A stretch of DNA of 63,100 bases, counting the filler, from Collodictyon triciliatum (lineage: Eukaryota): assembly GCA_043381765.1 (NCBI GenBank). It is 6 parts of 6 records of this genome, joined end to end, with 100 filler letters (N's around TTAATTAATTAA, not from the genome) between each part and the next. Parts side by side here need not be neighbours in the genome. Positions count along the whole stretch, not along the records: positions 40,815 to 52,356 come from JBHJMP010002380.1; positions 52,457 to 63,100 come from JBHJMP010002381.1; 4 more parts are not named here. The stretch is one strand, 5' to 3'. Every line of letters starts with the position of its first letter. Position 1 is the first letter of the stretch. The translations under genes and the position numbers were made by a program. The notes beneath the pieces are model-generated. The model had not been told where the DNA came from. It worked only from the letters and a program-made list of their open reading frames with translations, and did not search any database. Positions 50,118 through 62,974 of this stretch are shown here, piece by piece.

Positions 50118-51250
50118 ATCAGGCGCGTGGGCGTTAATCAAAAAATCCAGCGCGTGAACACTGATTGAAAATCAGGCGCGTGAACATTTCTTGAATACCA
50201 GTCGTGTGAACAATAATGGAATGTTATTCGCGTGATATTATAAAAAAAATCTAGCGAGTGAACATAAATCAAATAATAGTCGCATGAAAAAATTGAAAAT
50301 CGGGCGCATGTACATCAATCAAAAATCCAGCGCATGTACACTAATTGAAATTCCAGCGCGTGAACACTTATCAAAAATCCAGCGCGTGAGCACTAATTGA
50401 ATACCAGGCGCGTGATATTAATAAAAAACCGGGCGCGTGAACATAAATCAAATAACAGTCGCGTGAACACTTATCAAAAATCCAGCGCGTGAACACTTAT
50501 CAAAAATCCAGCGCGTGAGCACTAATTGAAAACCAGGCGCGTGATATTAATAAAAAAACCAGGCGCATGAGCACTAATTGAAATTCCAGCGCGTGAATAC
50601 TAATTGAAAACCAGGCGCGTGATATTAATAAAAAAACCAGGCGCATGAGCACTTATCAAAAATCCAGCGCGTGAGTACTAATTGAAAACCAGGCGCGTGA
50701 TATTAATAAAAAAAACCAGGCGCATGAGCACTAATTGAAATTCCAGCGCATGGACACTAATCGAAAATCGGGCGCATGTACATCAATCAAAAATCCAGCG
50801 CATGTACACTAATTGAAAATCCAGCGCGTGAACACTAATTGAATACCAGTCGAGGCGTAATTGAAAATATGGCGCATGTACACTAATTGAAAATCCAGCG
50901 CGTGAAGACTAATTGAAAATCAGTCGCGTGACGTTAGTCAAAAATCCAGCGCGTGGGCACTAATCGAATACCAGTCGTATGAACAGCATCCAAATATTAT
51001 TCGCATGAAACATTTATCAAAAATCAGGTGCATGGATACTAATTGAATACCAGGTACGCAAACACTTATCAAAATCCAGGCACGTGAACATTAATTGACT
51101 ACCAGGCGCATGTACTCTAATTAAAAACCAGGCGCGTGATATTAATAAAAAAACCAGGCCCGTGAACACTAATTGATTAATAGTCGCGTGGACATTAATA
51201 AAAAAATCTGGCACGTGAACATTAATTGAGTACCAGGCGCGTGGAAATTA
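50118..51250. repeat. 26-bp tandem satellite, about 44 diverged units, consensus ATCCAGCGCGTGAACACTAATTGAAA
   Basis: Units counted by the GCGCGTG core. A three-unit (about 78 bp) higher-order repeat is visible at about 50510-50750. Confidence 0.95.
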
Positions 51251-52040
51251 AGCGTAGGTCGGACAACACGGAACCATATATTCCCAGTTTATTGAACCAC
51301 GCATGCGAGTCTATTGCGCGGATGAAGCGATCGATTATGCCTCATGCGAAGCCGTTCATTGTGTATCTTCTGCGCTTCACTTAAAGAATGTGACAATTGA
51401 GTGTCTTTAAGGCGCCTTGCGGCTTGTTCTTGATGGTCCAGTCGACGAAAGGTTTGCCATTACCTGTCGAGGACATAGACCACTCAGCACTGGAATCAAC
51501 AAGCGTTGAATTCTCCACAGATGATGATATATTTTGCAATTTCTATCTCTTTAGAGATAAGCTCATACTTTTGTATTCTATCATTTAGACCTGCTTTCTG
51601 GAGAGACATGGATGTTATTATTATACGGATGTCAGCTCTATCAATTTGGATATCAAGATTAATACAGCAACCAAGTATAATCTCTCTAAAGCGAGGAATG
51701 AGTTTGGTTATCGATTTCTTGCATCAAATCGCTTTACCGGCGCGTCTCTGATGACTATTGTCACAGGACCGCGTTTGTGAAGCTTTTCAGTGCTTGATTA
51801 TTGGCTAGATTGTCAAGGCTGAGGCATGTTTCATGAGGGTAGATAATGTCTACATGAGTGAAAAGAGATATGTCTGGTGGTCTCTTATCTCTTTCTTTTA
51901 TTCTTTGGGAAGGGGGATGGTGTTAATCCTCCTACCGTTCCACGATATAATAACAACGCATGGATTATGTGTTCTTTTTTGGAGGCTATAACCTTTGGTG
52001 ATTGACCCGCTCTGATGGAAACGGTTGCTCAGCGAGGGAT
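51251..52040 (-). mobile_element. Second decayed copy of the same L1/Tx1-like family (ORF1 end plus complete APE domain)
   Basis: Collinear nucleotide similarity to 28400-29067 (e.g. gagcttatctctaaagagat, gtcgactggac). Contains ..SWNGR.., ..IDRF.. and SDLRLI (degenerate SDH motif), with stops and frameshifts. Confidence 0.85.
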
Positions 52041-52164
52041 GCTATACCCATGTCCTCTCGATTTAAATGCAATAATTTTTTATTTTTGTGTTTGCTGGAA
52101 TATAGAGTAAATAATTATGAGTGACAATAGTTTATAACCTTGAATATACCTTGAAAGGTAATAT

Positions 52165-52356
52165 AATATGAAGCACTCATCGCTTTCACTGACCATGAAG
52201 TGGTGGACGGACGTGTTCATGCAGCCGAAAGGGTTTTGGCAAACTGGGATGTGGAAACTCATCACCAAACTGTGTGCAGACTTCAAAACACAGTTGCAAC
52301 AAAGAACAATCCCACGACCACCTCTAAACACACCAGAGCCTTTGCTCTCGCGTTGG
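52165..52356 (+). mobile_element. Probable L1/Tx1 ORF2 fragment (region downstream of RT)
   Basis: SLTMKWWTDVFMQPKGFW resembles the AL..KW.W......W motif that follows the RT in L1/Tx1 elements. Lies at a contig end. Confidence 0.45.
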
Positions 52357-52456
52357 NNNNNNNNNNNNNNNNNNNNNNNNNNNNNNNNNNNNNNNNNNNN
52401 TTAATTAATTAANNNNNNNNNNNNNNNNNNNNNNNNNNNNNNNNNNNNNNNNNNNN
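52357..52456. other. Artificial contig linker
   Basis: N44-TTAATTAATTAA-N44. Confidence 0.97.
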
Positions 52457-52597
52457 AAACCAAACCAAACCAAACCAAACCAAACCAAACCAAACCAAAC
52501 CAAACCAAACCAAACCAAACCAAACCAAACCAAACCAAACCAAACCAAACCAAACCCAACAAAACAAAACAAAACAAAACAAAACAAAACAAAACAA
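52457..52597. repeat. (AAACC)n then (AAAAC)n microsatellite
   Basis: Directly visible at the contig start. Confidence 0.93.
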
Positions 52598-52675
52598 ATT
52601 ATTTAGGCTACTGGTCATTAATGACAGATGTTACTTATGTTTTTGCTATCTTACCAAATATCTTATTTGTCGTAG

Positions 52676-55074
52676 CTCAACCAAAACTAACAGAACTAAA
52701 CGGGCGCACTCTGATGATACTCCCGAGCACTTTCTAATTGAACCAGGCCAGAACATCGGAAGAGGGCGATGTAAAGCATCCTTCGTTGATGGGCTTGAAC
52801 CTAAATATATAAAATTGGCTGACTTTTATAAAAGCTGTTGTGAGGTTCTGATAACCAATTTGACACCATTTTAATTTTAATTTTTAACAATACAGATAAG
52901 GTCATGTCTAAGTTCGGCGAAGGTAAATTAAAATGTTATGCACAGTGGATTGAAAAACATAGCGCACACACAAACCTACAATCAAATCAGTACTAAAATC
53001 GAGTAAAATGAGTGACATGCTTCTAACTCAAAATTAAGGGACGTTCGGAATGGTTGCCGAGTGCTGGGATCGGGAAAGGAGACGATACTGTGCGGTTAAG
53101 ATTATACGAAAGGAAAAAAAGTATCTTGATGCCGCAGAATATGAGATTGATGTATTGGAAGATATCAGACGATCTGACACCGATGCGATATCGTAAGTCT
53201 ATCGATGCGGATAAAGCGTATTTCTGCGTGAAACGATTGTTTATTTATTTAATTATTTATTATTATTTTGCAAAACCGGCTTATTCATAGAATCGCTCTA
53301 TTAAAGAGTATTTATCTTAACACACAGTTTGAATCATTAACCACTTTCACACTGCCCTGTCCATAGAAATTGTGTTCATATGTGGGGAACATTTCATCAC
53401 GGAGAACATCTGTGCATATCATTCGAACCTCTTGGGATGAGCATTTATGATTTCATGAAGCGAAACGATTACAGCCCTTACTCTATGGACGAAACTCGTA
53501 GTATCGGTTACCAAGTTCTGCAGGCTATTAAGTGTACGCTCATTCGTAATACTACTAAATATATGTATGTATATCATATTCTCGAAATATTTTTTTTAAT
53601 TGGAGCATTCATTACTTTTTTCTTTATTTCCTTAACCACTTTACCATACAGTCTTGAATAGCCGGAAATTGACGCATACTGATCTGAAACCAGAAAATAT
53701 TCTTCTTGTCAATGACAGCTACGACACTGTGGAGGTAACATAAAAAACTCTTTATTCGATTCAAGAATGTCGAGGTAAAAATAGAAATTGAACATCCGCT
53801 GCTCTCAACATAGATGAAAGATCAATTTTTCTGAGGCTGAAGAGACTGCTCTTTTCTCAATTCAATTTATTTCTTTATATGTCAATATGTAATTCCCTAT
53901 CACTAGGTTGCGGGACAGAGAATTCGTGTCTTGCGTGATTGCAGAATTAAAGTGATTGACTTTGGGAATGCCACCTATGAAAAGGACCATCACAGCTCTG
54001 TAGTATGTACTCGCCACTACCGTCCCCCCGAAGTTTTACTCGGTAGAGCAATTATCTGCTTGATCTCATATTCTCATTTATATGTATAATATATGCATAT
54101 TTGAAATATTAGCCACTCTTTACACTTTTTTAAACATCCTTTCCTTCTATCTTTCATATTTAGCCGAATGAATATTTATTTACTGATTTTTTGTCGTTCC
54201 TTTCAGCTTGTGCAACATGGTGAAGTATAAATTAATTATTTTATTTTCGCTTTTTGAAGGTATCAAGTGGAATTATTCGTGTGACATATGGAGCATCGGG
54301 TGTATCTTGGTGGAATTGCTTGTAGGAGATGTCATCTTCCAGACGAAAGAAGACAGGGAGCATCTCGCCATGATGGAGAAATTCCTTGGGCCCATTCCTG
54401 AAGAGCTTGCCAGAAGAGCAGAGTAACAATTTATAATGTTAAATATTGTCTTTATAAACAAACAAACAAACAAACAAACAAACAAACAAACAAACAAACA
54501 AACAAACAAACAAACAAACAAACAAACAAACAAACAAACAAACAAACAAACAAACAAAAACAAAAACAGGGATAGAAAGATCTTATTCATTTTATTATTA
54601 TTATTATTATTATTAATTCGCGTATGCAGCTCCCAATCGGCGAAGTACTTCGAAAGTAATCAGCTTAATTGGCCCCGAATAGCCCGGACTGAAAGGTCTA
54701 TTCAAGACGTCGCGCGCATTAGGCCCTTACCGGTGAGTGCAACGAGAAACAAGAAACAGAAGAAAAACAAAACAAAACAAAACAAAAAATAAATTAACAT
54801 ATAACATAGGTGAGTAAATAAATATGCACAGAATTAATACATAAGTTAGTTCATGATTACCATCATCTCTTTATTTTACATGAATATAATCGCGCGACTC
54901 TAGGAAATCAGCCCAGAGATACAGGGAAGTTTTCTTGATCTCCTAAGAAAGATGTTTGTATACGACTTGGAGAAGCGACCGATGGCCGCAGACCTGCTTC
55001 ACCACGAGTTTTTCAATGTTTCGCCACCCGCGGAGGGTCAGGAGGCAAGTGGAATGGGAAGCAGCCGGAAATAA
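52676..55074 (+). CDS. CLK: LAMMER/CLK dual-specificity protein kinase, 5'-incomplete
   Basis: [50 protein letters not shown] and the EHLAMMEK signature across 9 exons; stop at 55072-55074. Confidence 0.95.
54456..54556. repeat. Intronic (AAAC)n
   Basis: Directly visible. Confidence 0.95.
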
Positions 55075-55350
55075 CGATGCCTGTGCATGAGAAACCGAGA
55101 TAATGCCTTTGAGCGCGAAGAATAAACTGTTTAATCTTCCAAAGCCACCCTCTTGATTGTCATGCCGTTGCTTTTTACGATATGGTAGACGGGAAGCTTT
55201 CTTTTCTTTTCTTTTCTTTTATTCTATTCAGAGTGCAGAAGTCAAGCTACAGAAGGGGTGCATAGAAGAGAGCAGACGCTACTGGAAGACACTGCTGTTG
55301 TTATGTTTATTCTACTAGCCCAGTTACACGAGCAAAGTTATCTATCCCAA

Positions 55351-55465
55351 CATAGACATAGACATAGACATAGACATAGACATAGACATAGACATAGACA
55401 TAGACATAGACATAGACATAGACATAGACATAGACATAGACATAGACATAGCATAGACATAGACA
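55351..55465. repeat. (CATAGA)n hexamer repeat
   Basis: Directly visible between the CLK and TVP23 3' ends. Confidence 0.95.
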
Positions 55466-55927
55466 TAAACATTGATACACATACATATCACATATATCTA
55501 CATACACTTATACTGACAGAGTCAGAACTTCCGAAGGGTTTCAGCAATAAGGTGGAAGCGAACTAAGTGCAGTTCACACAGCAAGCCGCAACCTCAAAAT
55601 GACATGTTATCTGCCTTGGTCAAGAAAGAACTCGTATCCGGTATGATGGTCGAAAGCTTTAATTCAAGGCTGTTCACAAGAAAAATAATAATTAAATAGT
55701 GCGTCTGCGGGTTTGTCATTGAGTATCAAAAAGGATTGGAAATAATTCGTTTGTTAGTTGATTAATACCTTCTACGAAAGAAAGAAAACCATGACCTATA
55801 TCTTCCACATAAAACACCGATGTTTGCGTAAGTTTGAAACATTTTTTCTTTTTGGAAAGACTCGGGGAATGGAATTGTGTTTATTTTTTTTATTTTTTTT
55901 TTTATGATTCTGTCAAGTCGTGACTAT

Positions 55928-57436
55928 TTAAGACGCCAGGTTTTGAAGAATGGAGCCGACAGCAAATTCTTTGAGCCTCTTCTTGGCGTCTGTGTATGAA
56001 TTAAAAGGATTGGTTGAGTTTAAACTAAATACAAACAGGATAATCAGATAAATTCATGAATAGCGAGGAAGAAATGCTCTCCAAAATCAGGCGAGGTTAT
56101 GATTCCAGTTTTCGTGAAATGGCAGGGACATGGATTAATATTGAAGGCGATAGAATGTTTGGTGTATGTCTCAAAGTAAATCGTGACCTTTTTCGCACTT
56201 TGTGTAGCCGATAAGGTTTGCTGAGGATAAAACCAAAGCTACCGCAACGACTAAAAGCCATGTGAAGTTGAATTGGATCAGTGACGAAAAAGCCATCACA
56301 GCCCAAAGCACGGGTGTGACATAAAGAGCAATCCAGAATATGCGCGAGTCCACTGGACTTATGTCTGAACGTTGCTGTGCATGTGAATGTATTAAATTAG
56401 TACAAATGAATCACGTTTTCAAAATGATGCCTCCTTCATGATTCAAAAAAGAACTGTACTGGCTTGGACTCAAAGCGCCATTCACTTGTACCATCCTCCT
56501 TAATTTCATTCCACCAACTGTTTCAACCAGAAAAATATAAAATCAGTCATCAAAATTATTATGCAAAACTTTACAAAGATGATTGGTGATTACCCAACTA
56601 GCCACAGCAATTGACTCGTATATTTAAGGTTTTTTTCTTCTTTTTTTTTTTTTTTTTAATGCGAATACAGTTTTAACAGAAACTCGTATATGACACGCAA
56701 TGCTCTTATGAAACATATATTCACTGACCGAAGTCCGACAAGAAGTCGCCCAGTCACATTCTTCACCACCCAGAAATCGACTGCCATGATCACCACACAC
56801 ACAACAAACATAAGAATAAAGTTATCGGAGAAAAGAGTGCAAAATAGATACGTCAGGAAAGCAATGACGCGAAAAAAGACGTGGCAAAAAGCCGCGATGG
56901 GATGATTGGACTTGTTTCCACGGAGTCCGCCCGACGAAGCTGCCTGTGGATCATTCCGCAGCGTTGCTGTTTCTTCGTCCCCAAAGTGTGCTGGAAATTC
57001 TGCTTCGGTGTTGCTCTGTTGCATCAAGGATAAAAAGTTTGTAAATCCAGGGCAGGATAAGAAACATAAAAAAAGAAAAAAGAAAAAGAAAAAAGAAAAA
57101 GAAAAAAGAAAAAGAAAAAAGAAAAAGAAAAAGAAAAAAGAAAAAAGAAAAAAGAAAAAAGAAAAAGAAAAAAGAAAAAAGAAAAAAGAAAAAGAAAAAG
57201 AAAAAGAAAAATGGTAAGGAAGAATGGAAAAAAGTGAAAGAACAAATAAATGGGGAATAAAGGGCGTGAAAATAAATAAATAAATAAATAAAAAAGGAGT
57301 GGTTTGGCGGAAGTAATAAGAAGGTACACGCCCGTGTATACACAAATAAGAGTACCATAAGCACACAACATTATTGTTATTGGAGAGTATGTGCAGTGGT
57401 TGGGGTGGTTGATTAAGGGCTTACTTGCAGGGACAT
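55928..57436 (-). CDS. TVP23: Golgi membrane protein TVP23 (FAM18)
   Basis: MSLQ|SNTEAEF..HPIAAFCHVFFR..DFWVVKNVTGRLLVGLR|WWNEIKEDGTSEWRFES..DSRIFWIALY..ANLIGYTKC..*. The short first exon is 57436-57425; an alternative ATG lies at 57024. Confidence 0.93.
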
Positions 57437-58186
57437 GCTGACTTTTCTTGCTCTGTCCTCGACAAAGTCCTATAATATGCTTCGTTTGATGTTACCGGGA
57501 TTGTGCTGATTGCCTTGATTGTTATATGATCGCATATTATAATCGCTGCTATCATTTCATGTGTGCTTGGGAAACATGGAAGCGGCTTTCTTTCTGTCCT
57601 GCTCTGTTCTCTTCTGCGTCTCTGCCTTCGTCCACACGCCATGGAAAGCAGGTTCTATGATGATTTGATGCCGTGGCGAGTTTTAGATGATATTGGCGAT
57701 GGCTCAGCAAGGCAAGGAAAAGAGTGTATATTTATGGAATATATAATTTTTCTTAATAATTTTTTTTAATGAAACCAGCTAGTAATGCATAATTAATTAT
57801 TAATATATATTTATATACTATAATATATATGTAATGTGTCCTTGACAGATTGTGTCGCGGCAACGCATTAGAACATCATCAAATGCGTTTTAAAAAGTGA
57901 CACTTTTTTTTGAATTGACTCGCCCGACTATGAAACCAAACGTGAAAAGCGCAACAAAAGGCGACCCAAATAACAAATGATCGTTTCTAAGCGGGACAAA
58001 TGAAGGCGCGAAGACCGCAACCGCGATTGGGACTAAGCAGACAGGCCTTTTTCCATAGGGCGCAGCGTTATACTCTTTCTGTGTATGAAACCTATTTCCC
58101 ACCCGGCTCCTGCGCGTTTCGTTGATTGCATCAGTGCTTTGTTACCTGGCCCTTCCTCTTCGAAATACCCTCTCCATACTCTACTT

Positions 58187-58217
<31 letters not shown>

Positions 58218-58640
58218 GTTTTGTTTTGTTTTGTTTTGTTTTGTTTGTTTGAAGCCAATCGCTATAAAGCACTCGATCGTAAGGTCTTCGTTTCTCTACC
58301 CTTTCACCATACCATGTCAAACATTTCTACACCTCAGTAGCGCTATTATCCTTGCTCCATGGCCAAACCCAAACAGTGTTCAATATCAATATTGCTACCA
58401 TTAGAATTGCTACCAATATTTATACAAATATTATTACTACTATTATTGGGACTATCCAGCCGACAAACTTATTTTCTTTTCTTTACTTTTCTTTTCTTTT
58501 CTTTTCTTTTTTCTTTTTTTCTTTTCTTTTCTTTTCTTTTCTTTTCTTTTCTTTTCTTTTCTTCTCTTCTCTTTTCTTTTCTTTTCTTTTCTTTTCTTTT
58601 ATTTGATATCTCTCTCCTTCCTTTTTTTTTTTATCTAGTC

Positions 58641-61621
58641 ATGGCCGACGAGAAAAGTGAAGCCAAGAAAAACTGGATTCCTGACGGCGATGTCACTTCC
58701 TGTCTTATCTGCACAGAAGACTTTACCATGTTTCGACGCAAGCATCATTGCAGGTGCGTGTGTTTGAGTCTGTTGGTCCAATCCCTCATTTTCCTAATAC
58801 TTATTTGAAAGCCAAGTAAAACCCTTCTCCGGCGTAGAAACTGCGGCCAAGTCTTCTGCAATGACTGCTCCTCTAAGAAAACAGAGTTGCCCGCGGCGAC
58901 AGGGTTGAAAGGACCTCAACGAGTGTGCGATTCGTGCTTCCTCATTCTATTCAATCGGGACGATAACCTAGGTTTGTGCTGTTCTTTTTACTGAGTGTTG
59001 AAAGCTAGACTCTTCATGTCGAAATTGGTTATTTATTTAGTTATCATTTTTGATGTTTGTATATATATATGTATGTATAAACAATAAATCTTATTTGATC
59101 AATAACAGAAACCGAAGTGTTGGCTGTGAGATTCCAGCTGCGACAAACTTCGACGTATCAATACGTCAAGCCTCTACTGGGCATCGGTTTTTTTTTTTTT
59201 AAAAAAAAAATAAGTCACATCATTATATCTTGCTTCACATGCCGGCGTCTTGTGATGCGTTTGAAGACTTTTATTCATTTCAAACGTTTACTTTTGCTTA
59301 TTTCTTTCTTTTTCGCTTTTCTTTCATAACTAAAAAGAGGACCTAACATCGCTTTTGTAAACAAAATATTCTAGGTTTCAGGAGTACTCCAGAAAAGTTC
59401 ACTCATCTTTGTCGTACGGACAAGAGCACAGAATTCATTCTTACTGTCGTATGTTGAGATAAATATTTCATGACCCATACGATGTTAAAATTGTTATATT
59501 TCACACTTTTCAGACTTTTGTCTTGTAAATCTTAACTTATGACTTATTTCCCCCTATGTTCGTTTCAAACTGAACTTATGACTTAATTGAATATTTTCGG
59601 CGTGTTTGCAGTATATTGCATTGAATCGATACGTATACATTTTGTTTCCTTCCCTACTGGTAATTTAACATAAATAATCAGAGTCATAATTTTCTCCCAG
59701 ACTCGCCCGGGTCCGCACACTGGGACTGTTGCAAGCGAATCAAACACGAAGTTATCCAAAATGCTTAAATCCTTTGTGGTATATGACCATACGTATTTTA
59801 AACACTTTCTCATGCCAAATGACACACATATACGTATGCCATATGATTAAAAGGAGAAGCATGTCGTAATTTGTAATCAACAGTTAGCAGTGTATATTTT
59901 ATAACACTTGTGTATTTTTCCCCATCTTGCAAGCATCCATTTGTCTTGCCTACGATTCACGCAGAATTCAACCGAGAGAGACAACAAGTATTCGTCATTC
60001 GCCCATTCTGCAATCGTGGGAGCATCAGAGATATACTTAACTCATCGGTTTGTGGCATCCCTTTTACAAATGATACATTTCAACCTTACATATTTAAACG
60101 TAGGGGGGTTTTACATAAACTTTTCGGGCAATCATTTTGTGTAGTTGACGAATACCATTTTTTTTTCTCCTTCTTGCTCTTTTCATCAAAGTCCCCCAAA
60201 AACCCTGCGACCGCAAAATACATCAAGGGAGATGTGGAACCTTTCAAGGAAGCAACTATATCACAGTTTGGAAGGCATTTATTGGAAGTATGCTCATTTA
60301 AATGGTTTAATGTGTCTTTTATCTCTTGAACTAATTGCATGCCTGCCAGGATACTCTTTACATAACCTGCCATTGGCAAAATAAAATTAAGAAATGATAA
60401 ATCTCGATTCTGAATACAGGCCATGACTTTCTTCCGTAACAAGGGATTTCCAAACACATTTATTCACTGTGGAAATCTCATTATCGACAACGGGGTAGCT
60501 CGGTATTATTCCCATTTGAAATTGACACGAAGAGTACAGCCACACGCTTATTCCATTTTTTTTTTTAAGAAGGAATAGAGTGTAATCTCACCACGCCAAA
60601 ACTCAATAATTTTATGAAAACATACTTAGTGTCTCAGACTACGAAAATTCAATCCTTGGGCTCGTGCCTCAACTACCTCCGTATATTGCTTCAAAAGTAA
60701 TCACTTAATTGTGCCACGCTTTTCTCTTATATGTCATTGAATTATATCAAGTTGTTACATACATAACCGTATACAATACAGAAACATGAGCAGAAACAAA
60801 ACAAGACAAAATATAAACTTGCATATTTTTTTTATTAAAAAAACATTCAGCACGAAATTAACCATAAACTTTATTTTGGGTATATATCCTGTTAAATAAA
60901 TTGGAAAAAAAATTGTACCAGGCTATTTCCAATTCCAAGGTTAGTACGTGGATCGCACTAACTACATTGTATTGTAAACCTAGCCTCTTCTTTTATATAT
61001 TTTTTGGATTAAAGTTAGCCCCTTTGAACGAAAATTGCATGAAAAAATCCTATTGTTATACAGACCGACGTAGATGTTCTGATTTTTGGAAATGTTATCT
61101 ACGAAATGGCTTTTGGAATGCCAATTCCTCAAGACCCTGACTGGCAGCAGCTGGCAAGGAGTGCACCGTCACGTCCAGTTTATGATGTACGAGCGAAAAA
61201 TAAAATACAATAAAATACAATAAAATACAATAAAATACAATAAAATACAATAAAATACAATAAAACAAAAATTTAGCAGATGAAATGAGCATATAAAGAC
61301 TTTATCGACTTTCATAAACAATAAAACCAAAAATGTATTATTCCTTTTCTTTATACCAAAGTATAAAGCATAAAATACATTAATCTAATATTCTGCTTGC
61401 GTCAAATAAGCTCTTGGCAAGTATTTTCAAGGAAGTGGAGCCACCCTCATTCCAAAGTATTGTCCGAAATAGTCTCTTTGCTGAATTATCTGTCAGAATT
61501 GATGCAAAGTACCTTTCATTATCACAGGTAAACACCTTTTCTTACTAACCCTATACCATAATTTGTAGATAAAATATAATATCTCATTTAATTGATATGC
61601 AAGTCTACTTAATCCCCCCCC

Positions 61622-61672
<51 letters not shown>

Positions 61673-62896
61673 TATATGTTTGTCCTTCATTTTGTTCATT
61701 TATATATTTAGAAATTTATGTTTTATTTTGCGTTATCATACTGCTTTCTTGAAGCATCAAATAACCTGCAATTTTTTTTATCTTTATTAACGCACTGACA
61801 TTACTCTACCAACCACCACGACAGAACCCGGAGAACCACGGCAAAACCATGATTAAACAGGCTGCTGCAAATGTACCCAAGCTGCTTTCTGACCGAGCTG
61901 GAATGGCATTCGAGGCCTTCATCCAAACACCTGGGATTGTGCCTCAGCTGAGCACCTCACAATCACAATCGCAGTTGCAAGTGTCATCACCTCCCCCATC
62001 CATCCCTGAAGACAAAGTATTTTTTTTCCCCTCCTAGCGTCCCTAGCAATATCTTAATAAATGTATAAAATCTATGTTCTATTGAATGTAAACTATTCAA
62101 AATTGTAGGCCATTGAGCGACCTCGTCAGGCGGATAACATTAATGAACTTTACAAAGACGAGAAGCGAGAGAAGAGACTTTCTTCGAAGAAATCATCGAA
62201 GAAAATCGGGGTTCCATTCAGCCAGTCCTCATCGAGCCTGCAGTAAGCAAAACTAATGAGTCCAAAAAATACTACACAATGTACAAATGCCCAAAGATAT
62301 AGTACACCGGCTTTATTTTCTGTACATTTTGCGAATATTCTGGCAACTGAGATTTCACATCCTTGATACACTGAAAAAGACAGGCTCTTTCTAACATATT
62401 CTGACCTATTCTCTGTAATCAGAGTGGAATCGAGCCCGCCCGTCTCTCCTAGACGCCGTTCAACAAGTAACATTAGCGTCTCGTCTGGATCAACCTTTCC
62501 TCCGCCGCCGCCTCCGCCGCCCCAATCTGCAGCTCCGCCGCCGCCTCCACCACCTCCACCATTCAATCCAATGGGTGGACAATCAGGAGCCCCGCCTCCA
62601 CCTCCACCGCCACCGCCACCGGCAGCAAATCGTGAGTGCTTGTGCGGACGCCCGCTAATCCACATGGCGACGTCATCTAGCTTATGCACACCCCATATTG
62701 AACCCGTCATTCTTTGTACTTGAATGATTTTGCTTTGCGATGCTCGTTGGCTCGCATATACACGCAGTTGAGAGTGGCAACACTGATTGCTCTTTATATT
62801 ATTTCAGCCCCCGACGCCCAACCCGGTCGCTCCGCTCTTCTTGATTCTATTCGAAATCCAGGAAACCTAAAAAAGTTAAAGAAAGTGGGCAAATAG
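58641..62896 (+). CDS. Slob/PXK-family pseudokinase with N-terminal FYVE finger, proline-rich region and C-terminal WH2
   Basis: [31 protein letters not shown] (FYVE); [48 protein letters not shown] (Slob-type, no HRD/DFG); poly-Pro; [14 protein letters not shown] (WH2). Same architecture as Dictyostelium Slob1. Confidence 0.9.
61201..61265. repeat. Intronic (TAAAATACAA)n 10-mer repeat
   Basis: Directly visible. Confidence 0.93.
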
Positions 62897-62974
62897 CCCG
62901 AATTATCCCCGCCTTTTTTTTTTTTTTTTTTGGACTTATTTTTTCCCCCCTTTGTCCTTTTTTTTTTTTTTTTT

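Noticed and set aside
50118..51250. CRISPR array
   Set aside because: Units abut directly with no unique spacers, there are no cas genes, and the context is eukaryotic.
52457..52555. (AAACC)n as a telomere
   Set aside because: It grades into (AAAAC)n and lies within an intron of the 5'-incomplete CLK gene, so it is an ordinary microsatellite at an assembly break.
18623..57436. Trafficking gene cluster (STX16, TVP23, LAMTOR4, FYVE protein)
   Set aside because: The genes lie on different contigs; only TVP23 and Slob are truly adjacent.
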